A stretch of DNA of 64,000 nt, taken from the NCBI GenBank assembly GCA_021613535.1, contig CP075492.1:5456001-5520000 (forward strand), in the 5' to 3' direction. The notes beneath the pieces were generated by a model, which had not been told where the DNA came from, made no database searches, and saw only the letters and a list, made by a program, of their open reading frames with translations. A program made the translations under genes and the position numbers. Below, piece by piece: positions 24,553-36,282 of the stretch. Each line of letters starts with the position of its first letter. The stretch's first letter is position 1. This DNA comes from Adineta vaga. Taxonomy: Eukaryota; Animalia; Rotifera.

Positions 24553-25866
24553 TTAGCACTGTTGTTCAATACTTTGTTGAGTATAATTATGGTAGGAAAT
24601 CTTTCCAGATTTTTCATCATCACAATTATCATATAATTTTGTACCTAACTTATCTAATCTACCCCACCAATTACCAACTGCATTCACATCGAATTTACCC
24701 AAATTTTCAATATTATAACGTGAGTTTCTATAAAAGTTATTGTTAGTAATATTGTTCATTGGCTTGGAGAAATTTTCAATTCGAAGACCAACATCGAATC
24801 CAAAAATAGACGAATCATGAATGGATATAGCACCTGCAATAACACCTACTGAATTGGAATTCTCTTCAAAAGGCGAAATTGAAGAACATTCAATTGAACC
24901 AGTTTCTAATTCTATTGGTCGAGAGATAGTGATCTTACTAGAAATAATCTTAAAAGTATTTCGAACATAGTCAACATATTCACCAAACATATCGATTGTT
25001 GCGTTACGTAACATTGAACGTCTAATGGTGCCAGTACCTTCTGGCACCCATAAAGTATGATAATCAATGGTAACATTCGTTAGTATTGTATCGTTCATTT
25101 CGAAATAATAACCTGGATAACCGCGCCAGTGAATAGTAACATTTCCGCCTCGACATTCGACTATTTGTGTAGTATCATATGGAGCAAGTAAATCCAACAG
25201 AATGTTTTGAAAACTATCACGAATAAATTTTATAAATCGAGTTGCAACATTGTGGTTTGATACGACTGAATTAATAAGAGTTGAATCTTGAATAACAATT
25301 GCATTTTTCGTTTTACCCGTAAAAGAATGATTATATTCTACATGATAAGAAAAATATAAGTTTAATTTAATATCGCGTCCATTCTATGCACTTACCCGCG
25401 CCCATAAAAAGTTGAGTGTTGGTAAATGTACAATACTGAGTAAGAAATTCACCAGTATTTATTTCAAGAAAATTCTGAGCAACTCGTACTGCTTGTTTAT
25501 TTCCAATAAAGTCAGCGTAAGCAATCGATGACTGAGACAGATTTGCTACCTGATAATGTACCATCCACTTCACACTATATTTCGTATTCGATCCATTAAA
25601 TACAACACGTTGACCAGCAACACCTTGTACATTACAAGATCCATTAATAAATATGCCAAAATCAATATTACCATCAAAAAAATTTTTACACCAGCTTTAA
25701 TTGTCAATGCGATACCAGTAGGAACATAAATATCAGCTATAACATTATATGGATTATTTGCTTTTGTCCATATAGTATTCTGCGAGAGAGCACCGCCTAC
25801 ATTGATTGCAGTTGTTAAACGAATTGCTAATAGAAAGTTGTAGATCAAAACACTTATGAGAAGCAT
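24553..25866 (-). CDS. Secreted right-handed parallel beta-helix protein; one intron; apparent -1 frameshift in a T-run at about 25676-25682
   Basis: NTIWTKANNPYNVIADIYVPTGIALTIKAGV and C-terminal NAVGNWWG. Adding one T restores FFDGNIDFG...KWMVH and an in-frame splice to the last exon. Confidence 0.7.
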
Positions 25867-26360
25867 TTTACTCTTTGTAACTAATACAATACTCAACGAG
25901 TGATTTATATACTCGAATATCTTCCGATGTTTTCATCACAAATAAATTAAAAATAGATAAAAAAATTATGATTTTTTATATTTATCACGAAAACTAAGGT
26001 TTTCGAATGCAAAAGAACGAGAAAATACTTTACAGGTAGCTGATCAAATGCACAATGAGTGCAATATTTTGACATCGATTTCCGATCGGAAGTAGGCTGT
26101 TTGCCGCCACTATAAAGCTTATTTTCAATTTTCAATTTAAAAATAACAAGAATGCATACGATAAGCAAATATGATATTTTGGCATGAATACTTTTATTAG
26201 ATATCAATGAATGAAAACGAATATAAATGACATATTTAGTTTCTCGATTATTAAATATTATTCAAACAAAGAAAAGAATACATGTAGTGAAAAGTATGAT
26301 TAGTAAAAGACAAAAAAAAGCTAAATATTTAATAGCAATAACTTTGAGCAAAACTACAGA

Positions 26361-26460
26361 TTATTTTAGTCCAATAAAATGTGCATTGATAATCGACGAT
26401 TGCGATAAAGCTGCTGCTTTAAATGCTAACATCCATCCAGCAGTACCTTGTATCCGAAGA
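26361..26460 (-). pseudogene. Decayed fragment of a paralog of the adjacent beta-helix gene
   Basis: Translates LRIQGTAGWMLAFKAAALSQSSIINAHFIGLK*, against the neighbour's NVQGVAG...WMVHYQVANLSQSSIAYADFIGNKQ. Confidence 0.65.
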
Positions 26461-27376
26461 TTTTTATTCAATGAATCGAAATGATGACACGTAGATACTC
26501 TTTTCCGATTTATTTAGAAACATGCATTTGCAATAAATACTTGTCTAATTTTTCTCTTCTGTTGACAATGAAGACGTGAAAATTCTCTTTTATAAATATA
26601 GTGTTGTTCATTGCCTCAGGCTTTGTATGACATATTTACTCGAGAATACCAATCATAGTCATCGAGTGCAATATTTCCAAATTCTATCCATATTATCTTT
26701 TTTGATAAAGTGCACAAAATAATGTGATTGATTGGTATGCATATATTTTGAAATAGTAATAAAATAAACATGCAAGCAATCATGAAAAAACAATGTATCT
26801 ATTATTCTTTTTAAGAAAATTAGTTGAGTGTTTTTTTTGCTCTTCAAAAAGATCGAGACTATACTTTATATTTTTGTCAAATACCAGAGAGACTTCATTG
26901 TTTATTCATAATTATGCAACTAATGTTCTCGTGATATCAATCAACAAAATGGTTGTGCTGGATTTATATTAATACTATTTCTAGATTCCTAATCTTTTGT
27001 CATATGATTCACATGAACCTGTGCTTTTTCTAAATGACATTAAGTCTCATTTCACCTGAAGAAATAAACTTTGCCTTGTTATACTATATAAAAATAAGTT
27101 TCATTCGCTTCTTATATCAAGCAATTATGAGTAACATAATGCAAATAAAATTTTAAAAAAAACACATAGTTTTATATTACCTTATTTATTTCTATATGTC
27201 ATAAGACCTTGAATAAATATAAAATCCAATACCGGAGAAAGTAAAACTTATTCTTCTCGAACTCTCATTCAGTGATGATATAAAAACAAAATTGTTGTTT
27301 AGTTTGATTCAATTCGGTTTTTTTTAAAGAAATACACATCACTACAACAAATACGATAGTCAATATGTGCAAATAG

Positions 27377-27568
27377 TTAACAACGTCGACGTAGATGTGG
27401 TCGCGGCGCCCCAAAACCAAATCCTGCTCTCATTTGATGTTGGTGATGATGATGATGGCCAGGGCCCACTGTTGGCGTTGCACTATGCGGTGGACCCCAT
27501 GATGGTCCAAAATACGTATTGTAATGTTGATATGATTGTGGACGACACTGTGACTGACTAGTACCCAT
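27377..27568 (-). CDS. 63-aa His/Pro/Gly-rich microprotein with N-myristoylation motif
   Basis: GC-richer ORF within AT-rich flanks; MGTSQS fits MGxxxS; HHHHHQH tract; ends RRRC. Confidence 0.55.
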   Translation of the reverse strand: MGTSQSQCRPQSYQHYNTYFGPSWGPPHSATPTVGPGHHHHHQHQMRAGFGFGAPRPHLRRRC

Positions 27569-28173
27569 ATGATTTGTTGAATGGTAGAATAGACATGGAA
27601 AAAGAATCTATTATATATATATATATAACTCAATAGAAGAAAAAGAAAAAAAGAAAGAAAAAGAAGAAGAAACATTCCAACGATACTTAGTTCCTCTTGT
27701 TGTTTTATTTGAGGAAAGAAAATAATAAAATACATTTAGAATAAGTTGTTTTTAGAACAACTAAAATATTTATAGATGAATTGATAAACAAGTTATCTTT
27801 TCGTTCTGGATTTTGTTCAGTCTCAAGAGATAGTCTTTTGTTAGAAATTGACATGATATCATTTGTTCCAACTCATAAAAACCTATTGATATTCATACAA
27901 AAGAAGAAGAAGAAGAAGAAGACAAAAAAGCTATTTTTGTTAATTAGAAAACATTCTTTACCGTGAAAAATAATTATTATTTGACAAAAACAGATTCTTA
28001 TCGAATTGTTCTAACATTCAACCTTTAACTATATCATTGGCATTTGACGATAAAAAATGATGTGGCATTCTTTCACGCTCGATAAAGTATAATAATTAAC
28101 CATAAATATATAAACTTCCTGAACTATTATTATTTGAATAAAATACATATTCAGATAATCAACACGAGAATTC

Positions 28174-28377
28174 AAAAAAAAATGATTGGATAGCGTGCAG
28201 GGATTCTAAGTACATGACAGAGCATCAGGCCATTCGACAGGTGAGTTGTTACACACTCCTTAGCGGATGACGACTTCCGTGTCCACCGACCTGGGTTCAT
28301 TACAGCAAACCGACGCCCATTTTGTCATCCCTCCAGTTCTCAGACGAAGTATCCCTGCTTGAATACAGGCCAATCAC
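28174..28377 (-). ncRNA. Candidate ~200-nt structured RNA carrying a copy of the 28S rRNA GTPase-associated centre (H42-H44)
   Basis: Minus strand of 28231-28293 reads CAGGTCGGTGGACACGGAAGTCGTCATCCGCTAAGGAGTGTGTAACAACTCACCTGTCGAATG, matching eukaryotic LSU H43-44. It is enclosed by nested non-rRNA stems and followed by T9. Confidence 0.75.
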
Positions 28378-28519
28378 TAAGATTTTCTACCTTTATTTCT
28401 TCTTTTTATTCTGTTATAAAATTCAAGTTGTGCAATAACATTCTTTCTATCGTCAGAAAAATCAAAAAATTAAACCAATAAAAATCCGACATAAAGTATC
28501 GTTGATAGATCTGATAAAA

Positions 28520-29484
28520 TTAAAACCAACGTGTCCGTTCCCATCCATATGATATTCTTGGTCGTTGACGATGATGATAATAATAATGGAGAAGATTCGA
28601 TGATTTACCATCATAAGTATGATTGCGTTGTATTAATGATATATCTGTATTAATACGAATAAAAGCAAGAAAATTTAAATATTTATCATTAGAATATTTC
28701 TTTCTCAATCTTGTATGACATCGATATGACATTGATAAATAACCACGATTGAAATCTTCATAGAAAAGACGATATGAATCCCAAAAACCAAAATCAGTAT
28801 CAGATCGTTTTGTTTCGAATAGACAATGACGTTCATTTGCTTCAATCTAATTAGCATTCATTTTGCTCTTTATTTTTTCCAAGTGTAATTTTACTTACTA
28901 AACCAAATAATTGATGATTTTGACCACATAAATAACGTTGACTTTGTTTATGTTGAATAAAAAACAGATTGACAGCAATTGGAAGAAATACAAAAGTACC
29001 TGAAAATTCAAATTCATATTCTGATTTCATGACCTTTATCAATTCGAGTAATGTTCTTAAGTATGTGTTGACAAGAAGATCTTGCCTCTTTATAGTCATT
29101 TGTCAAGTGTCTAAATCAATTATTCGAACTTATTAACAGTTCATTACGATCGAAAGATAAAAGTCATTGACACAATGGTGTAAATCTCTGCCAATCAATA
29201 GACTATCAATTATTTGACTTACCGTCGTTTGTCTCCTTTGTATCATGAAGATCGGTAATATGTTTCGCATGAATATAACCATCCATTGAACGCATTTGTA
29301 ATAGACATTGACTTTTAGAAATAATTTTATAAGTTGAAACAAGTTTTTCTCGTTCATCATACGTATCACGTTCATTACGTGATGGTAAATAATCGATCGA
29401 TGTCGAAGATAAAGATATAATAAATGTTAAATAGATTATTAAAACAACAAATTTTTCATACAGAATATCATATAGATCAAGCAT
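28520..29484 (-). CDS. Divergent secreted fibroblast growth factor-like protein; 3 exons
   Basis: Signal/hydrophobic N-terminus; beta-trefoil-like YKIISKSQCLLQMRSMDGYIHA, IAVNLFFIQHKQSQRYLC, HCLFETKRS...WDSYR; introns at FGF-typical positions. Confidence 0.7.
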
Positions 29485-30584
29485 GAGAGAAGACGTTACT
29501 GGTTGAAATAGAACTTTTAATACGTATATAATTATTTATGAATAAGAACGTTAAAGAAGTTTCATTCTCCGATAGAATAAATATAAACGTTTGCAAATAT
29601 GAAGAGAATTAGGACAATTAACCTTAGAAATGTTATAGAATAGAAGAAAAAAAACCAAGGAACTTGTGGATATGATTTAACAACAGAAAAGAAAGGACAG
29701 AACAAGTTAGTTTTTTTTTTCTTATAGAATATAGAAGGGTAGAATATCAACTAGAGAAAGAAAAAAAATTGGACTAAATTATGATTGATATTGGTACATT
29801 CGTACTAAGACACTTGTTATTATAAGTAATAAGATATTCTGGTAAAACTGTATTGTCAATTCGATGTATACGAACTATAGATGATGCAACAACTCTTTGA
29901 AATTCACCGGATTCTTTTGATACCACTTGTATCAGGTAAATCAAAACGAGAACCGAATGTATCACATGTTTGAATATAAGAAGAGCAAATGCTTCATCAT
30001 CTGACATACTGCTAGAATAACACATTCGACTTTAATTTGACCTTGGTTAATAATTAAACAAATTTTGTTCAAATGATTGTTGAAGATCATACGATAGTTT
30101 TATGAAGAAATTAAACTAGAATGATGCTTTTGTTTTTACTACATTCATGAGAAAAATTCTTTTTATTCTCAATTGACCCTGTGTCGATAAGGTATAAAAA
30201 GGAACTGACTGATTCAAAACTATTTTAAAGATGATAAGAACAACAAAAACCCTTACAATGTGTCATGGGATAAAGTTATACGTATTCTTTTTTAGCATCG
30301 GTAAAATTACATTCTACATCGTATAGATATATATATTTATATGCGATGGATGCATGGAAATTGTTTACTTATCAGTTATTTTTATAGGACCATTACGTTA
30401 TCAATGAATATTGGTAAAACACAGTTGAAGCACTCATAGTTTTATTAAAATCCGCTGGCAAACACATTTACTTCGACCAGAAATCTCGTGCATATAATGA
30501 TCGAGATTCGTATATGTATGTCGTAACTACCAAGCTATTTATTATGATATTCGACTGAAATTATAGAAAAAAAAAGGTATACAT

Positions 30585-31365
30585 TTAATGATTTTCATCC
30601 ACATGAAACTCAATAGTTGTTGATGGTGTGACAACTGGATTATTCAATAGAAGTCCACGAGCAATTGCACCTCGTTCAATTTTTTCCAAATCTGTTTGAT
30701 GTAAATGAATTTTTGCTCGTGTAACACGAAAATAAAAACCAATTGCAAATAAAATAAATGGACAACCAACAAGACAGAGTGTAATAAGTGCAGATATTGC
30801 TGCTGGACGAGAAAATCCACTAACCTTAATCCAGATAATAATTCCAAGTTCAATTATAAATAAAAATAAACCAAGACCCGTCGAAACAACCCAAGCTATT
30901 TCAATGTAAACATTCAATGAAGATAATGGTTTACTATTTTCATTATTGATCCACACATCACTTTGACGAATAACACTTTTTAATTCAGGTAAAATACACA
31001 TAGACATTAATAATGCAAGAAGATGTATACCAACTAGTAGACATGAAATAATTGCATAACATATTAATAAGCCATCATTTGAACTATGATCTTTATAAGA
31101 ATCTAATGATAATTCTACGATTGCCACCTTACAGATAACAAGAACAAAAAAAAAATAAGTATTCAAAAAGAAAAAAACTTACAATAGCGAATCCACTAAG
31201 TAATGCCGATGTTTCATTGACACTTTCAAGTTTAGATTTACGATAGAATAAATTTTGTAATCGTTGATCAGTTTTATTCGTTCCTAGAACAGATAGATTG
31301 ATACAATTATTTCATTGATAATAGAGTATACCTTTCGTCGATAAATACAATGAAGAATCGGACAT
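30585..31365 (-). CDS. ORAI: Orai (CRAC channel pore subunit), divergent; 3 exons
   Basis: TM1 [15 protein letters not shown], TM2 IHLLALLMSMCILP, TM3 YIEIAWVVSTGLGLFLFIIE. Confidence 0.93.
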
Positions 31366-32404
31366 GTTGTCTTCTTATCAGCCACTATACAGCATAATAG
31401 TTCTATGATAAAATTTTAAAGAAAAAAGAAACTACAAATTCATTTAAGTGATTTTTTTTTCGTCTTTCGTTTCTTTCATCGACTATCAGACGGTACACAA
31501 ATAGTTCGAACATTTTTTCATAATCGTTACTAGTAGTGATACCTAACTTTGTCGGTTCTCTCTCTCTCTCTCTCTCTCTTTCGCTGCTTTCTTTTTCATT
31601 CTGTTACATACACTTGTTCGCCATACTACTACATGTACGATATAGAAACATTTGCGCACATGTAAAATTGATTCTTTTCTTCACTAAAGTAAATTTAATA
31701 GCAAATAATTCAATGTCAATAAAATTTAAGAACAGTTCATTATTCTATTAGCAAGAAATTAGGAAATCTTTGCATATTATCATATTGCCTCAAGCGATAC
31801 TTTATTGACAAAATTGACTTATTGTCATGCAATATCTACTTTAGGTTTTGATTAAAAAGAGATTTATACTTGCGATAAGTTATTCTTTATGTCATTCAAT
31901 TCATAGAGATTATTTTATTCATCGATACAATAGTCTGTTTTCAGTCATAAATTTCATTCAACATTATGAGTTATTTCTTTCGACGAGCCAATCATAAACA
32001 AAATTTTACAGCATCATTTATTGCTAAAACACGACAATTTGTACGGCAAGGTCTTCAAGGTAGATATACAAATACAAGTATTGTTGTTTTATATTTTTCA
32101 TAAGAAATCTAAGTATACCATAGCAATAAGTTCTGCCATTTGTATGCATTCGATGATAAAAGCGAATGAAATAACAGCTATGACGTTCTTCTTTTATCTT
32201 TCTGCAGATATATTTTATGCAAACTTAGATCGGAGAGAACGATACTCGAATACGATATCATATATTTAGGAGATCTTGTACAGAGATATGACTTCTACAT
32301 TTCTTTTCAGCATGAGTTTTATTCTCGACAAGTTTGTATTCTGGAATATGTTTTATTCAGATTTTTAGATAGGAAGATCGTAGAGTATTAAGAAATAAAA
32401 GAAA

Positions 32405-33960
32405 ATGGGTGTTGCAATGGTTATTAATACACGTCTTGGTGGAAGTAAGTTAATTTGTTCAAAATAGGGTAGAATTAAAAGGAAATCCCCCTAATGAATT
32501 CTATTTGATTAGAATACATGCTAATAGACATTATAAGCAAACTATTTTTTCATGTTGATGATTAAATCGATTAATCATCGCCATCAAATAGGATGATCTT
32601 GATGACATTTGATCGAATCGCATAGATGTATGTCTTCTCTTGCATCTATTCTGATCAACGATAAATTCTTCTTTTTCTTTGCGAGAAGAGAGAGAGAGAA
32701 CGAGTTACTACATCTCGTGTCTATCTAAACGATAGAAAAGAATGATACTTTTGAAAACATCATCGATTGAGTTCATCATCATCATCATACTCATTATTTT
32801 GATTGTTGACATTCAAGATATTCATCTTCGCCTTCTTTTCTTTTCTCGTTATTATAGAGAAGCTTTTTCCGTTCAGAAAAAGAAAGCCATTAGAAATGCC
32901 GATTTGCGACAAAGACAATCATGCAGACTTTTCTTTTCTTTCGACGAAGATCAATTCATTCCAAGATATTTTCTTCTTTCCAAACAATAAGATTATTTCA
33001 GATAAAACTATCGCATTATTCATATGGATGATCGACGATGGAGGAATACTCATCGTCTGACTATTGTAAGTTCTTTCTAGTTTCTTCAATAAGAAGCTAT
33101 AGTATTAAATTTAGACATTCTTTCCTATAATATCATAAAATATATTCCCAATTGAGAAGTTTTGCATAAAATCAACTACTATATTTAGACACTGATTATG
33201 CCGAAGATGTGGTTGAAACATTAAAACGATATAAACCTCGTAGTTTGGATGAATTAGCAACTCGTACAAAGTTTAGTAAAAAAGAAATTCAATTAATTTA
33301 TCAAGGTTTTAAACAAGAATGTCCATCAGGTATGTTTTTCGAAAAGTAAAATGTCAATTGATGAAATCATCTGATTTATGATTAGGAACGGTTAATGAAG
33401 AAACATTTAAAACGATTTATGGACAATTTTTTCCTTTTGCTGATACATCAACCTATGCGCATTTAATATTTTCAACATTTGATTTACGTTCAACAAGTGT
33501 AGTAACTTTTGAAGATTTTCTTATTTGTTTATCAACATTATGTCGAGGTACAATTGAAGAACGATTAAAATGGATATTCGCCTTGTATGATACAAAGAAA
33601 TCTGGTAAATTAACAAAAGATGTAAGTCTATTTGAATCATAATATATATATATATATATATGTAAATAGTTTTCTCGATTTCTAATTTAGGATTTTCATG
33701 TGATTCTTTGTGCTGTTTATTCATTACTTGGAAATGTATCAAATCGACATTATGATCATGAAACAATTCGAGAACATACAACGAATGTCTTTCAAAAATT
33801 TGACAAATCACATCGAGGATTTCTTACCGTACAAGATTTTGTCTCATGTTGTTTAAAAGTAAGAACACTATGAAATATAAAAATAACAAAGTTTCGTTTT
33901 TTTTTTCTTTAGGATCCATTGATTATTCAATCAATCGAAACACTACGAACAACTGTGTAA
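32405..33960 (+). CDS. KChIP/neuronal calcium sensor family protein; multi-exon
   Basis: LDELATRTKFSKKEIQLIYQGFKQECPSG, FKTIYGQFFP, LSTLCRGTIEERLKWIFALYD. First exon MGVAMVINTRLGG at 32405 splices in phase. Confidence 0.88.
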
Positions 33961-34101
33961 TGTAAAAAAAATCATTCCGCTTGATAATAAATCAATAAAA
34001 TCTGATTATTTGTTTCGGTAATTATATTATCAAATGTTTAAGTATAAAAATCATTCTTCTCTATAAAAGAAAAGCAAATGCAAATATTGTCTCTAAAAAG
34101 A

Positions 34102-35095
34102 TTAACTTCTTAGTGCTTGTAAACGTTTTTCCATTTCATCTTCTTCACTATCAACATCAACTGTTGGAAGTGTAACTGTTTGACTAGCAGCAACGCTTGG
34201 TAATTGACCTACTTTTCCTAAAGAAAAAAGAAGAACACCAAATTATTCTAAAATTTAACATTGATTGTTTTATATTACCAGCAAGAATTTCATCCAATAC
34301 TCGGTTGACTTCTTCATCAGTTTCTTCTTCAAGGTCATTATTATCCATAGCTCCATCAACTGCTTCATTCATCATTTCACTCATAATACCCATCTAAATG
34401 GAGAAAAAAAAAACGTTTATCTTTCTTAAAAATTACAGTTAATTATACTGATATACTTTGATTAATTCTTTCGAAAATTGTTCTGATATACCTTGAAATT
34501 GTTCAACTTTCATTAATTCTGATAATGAATGTGCAATTTCACCACTTGTTTGCATAACACCAGTGATTTTAACATTGGCTATAAATACAAACAGAGTTGA
34601 ATAGAAAATCTTTGAATGACAAAAAATTTACTGCATTGAGTTTTGACTGCATTATCAATTGTATCGAGATTAGCTTTAGCAGCATATAAATTACTTTTAT
34701 CATGTTTAATTCTGAACGAAAATATATAATAGATTTCATTTCTAAATACACATTGTCTATTTACTTAACAACTGCTTTAGCTAATGTTCGAAGTGCATCT
34801 TTATTATTAGCCATTGCATGTTTACGAATATCATTAGACAAACGTTGAATTTCTCGATCAGATTCTGCAAAAATCACATGACATTACTATACTTTATGAG
34901 AGAGAGAGAGAGAGAGAAAAGAATCATTTACGATTAATTTGACGATCTAGTTGTCGTTTTTCTTGTCGAACTTGTGAACTGATAAATCGTGACTGGAAAG
35001 AAAAGATAAGAAAACAATATAGATCTAATCATTCAAACCTGTTCACGAGCAATTTCATAAGGTGTTCGTTTGTCTTTCTTTCCGAAGAAACTCAT
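34102..35095 (-). CDS. CHMP3: ESCRT-III subunit CHMP3/Vps24; multi-exon
   Basis: EKRQLDRQI, FSKELIKMGIMSEMM, EEETDEEVNRVLDEI, C-terminal MIM EMEKRLQALRS. Confidence 0.92.
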
Positions 35096-35353
35096 GTTAA
35101 TTGAATGAATACGATACTGTTATCTTTTTTCCTCTATTTGGTTAAATTTCGAAACCAATGAATGTTTATTCGATGACGTTGATTGTATCGCTTTATTTTA
35201 TTATCTTATCTGCAAAGAAACGAAACTGTAGTTTTTTGTTTTTATTTATTTTATATTCTCATTTGATGAATAATCTCAAGTAGAAATTACTCATTTGTAA
35301 CTTTTTCTTCCTATTTTCCTCTTTTCTCATAGTTCTAGATAAACAATTCAACT

Positions 35354-35982
35354 ATGTCAATCGATCAATTAAATTCAACTATTGGTGATACATTAGTAAC
35401 ACGTGTTACGGATAATGTTGATGTTCCAATTCGTTCTTTATATTCGAATCAACCTATTGTTTTAATCTTTCTTCGTCGTTTTGGTTGTCAATTATGTCGT
35501 TCATATGCATTGAAATTAAGTAAGGAATTACATCCAATCTTACAGAAGAATAATATTGGATTCGTTGGTATTGGTTTGGAACGATTTGGTCTAGAAGAAT
35601 TTCAAAAGGAAAAATATTTTTCCGGTGATCTCTATGTTGATCAAGGGAAAAAGGCATATCAAATACTTGGTTTACCTTATCTAGGTTGGTTGAAAGGAAT
35701 TACTGATATATTCTCTAGATCAGCAAGTGCATGGAATGAAGAAACAAAGAAGATGGGTGTAGGAGGAAATTTGAGAGGTGATGGCTTTCAATTAGGTGCT
35801 ACGTATGTTGTTGGACCAAAGGATGGAAAAGTTTGGTTAGCTCATCCTCAAAAAGATTAGTACGTAGTAAAAAACATCTTTTTTGAACGATTCAATTCTT
35901 CTCTTTGTTTAGTGGTGATCATCCATCGATTGATGAAATTATCAAAGCTCTTCGAGATAATATACCAGAATTTCGTGAATAG
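35354..35982 (+). CDS. Peroxiredoxin-like 2 (AhpC-TSA_2/FAM213; prostamide/prostaglandin F synthase-like)
   Basis: FLRRFGCQLCR CxxC motif; GVGGNLRGDGFQLGATYVV; last exon GDHPSIDEI. Confidence 0.88.
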
Positions 35983-36282
35983 ACTTTCTCTTTTATATTT
36001 TCAACTTATTTTTGACAGTTTTTATGAAATAAAGATCTAACATCATTTCTTGCTTCATTCAACGAATCGGTACGAAATAAAACTGCTTGTAGAGAAGCAA
36101 TTTATTTTCGAATAACTCAATGACGACTAATAGTACGTTAAAGAACATTCATTTATTAAAATGACTATCTTCCATTCGTGTCATTTGTTTTGACAATTCA
36201 CAGAAAAGAAAGAGTTTTTTTTTCATGACAACAGAAAAGAGACATGTATGCATGCTTGATTATCATCGATAATGAATACTGA

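Noticed and set aside
28174-28377. Hammerhead ribozyme/retrozyme, or a true rRNA gene
   Set aside because: No CTGANGA...GAAA core in proper context on either strand; rRNA similarity covers only about 65-110 nt, with non-rRNA flanks.
31558-31580. Microsatellites such as (CT)n, (TA)n and (GAA)n here and elsewhere
   Set aside because: Ordinary short simple repeats.
32742-33066. Alternative KChIP first exon or ORFs in the first intron
   Set aside because: The donor at 33066 is in the wrong phase for exon 2, and the nearest acceptor leads to a stop; unsupported without RNA data.
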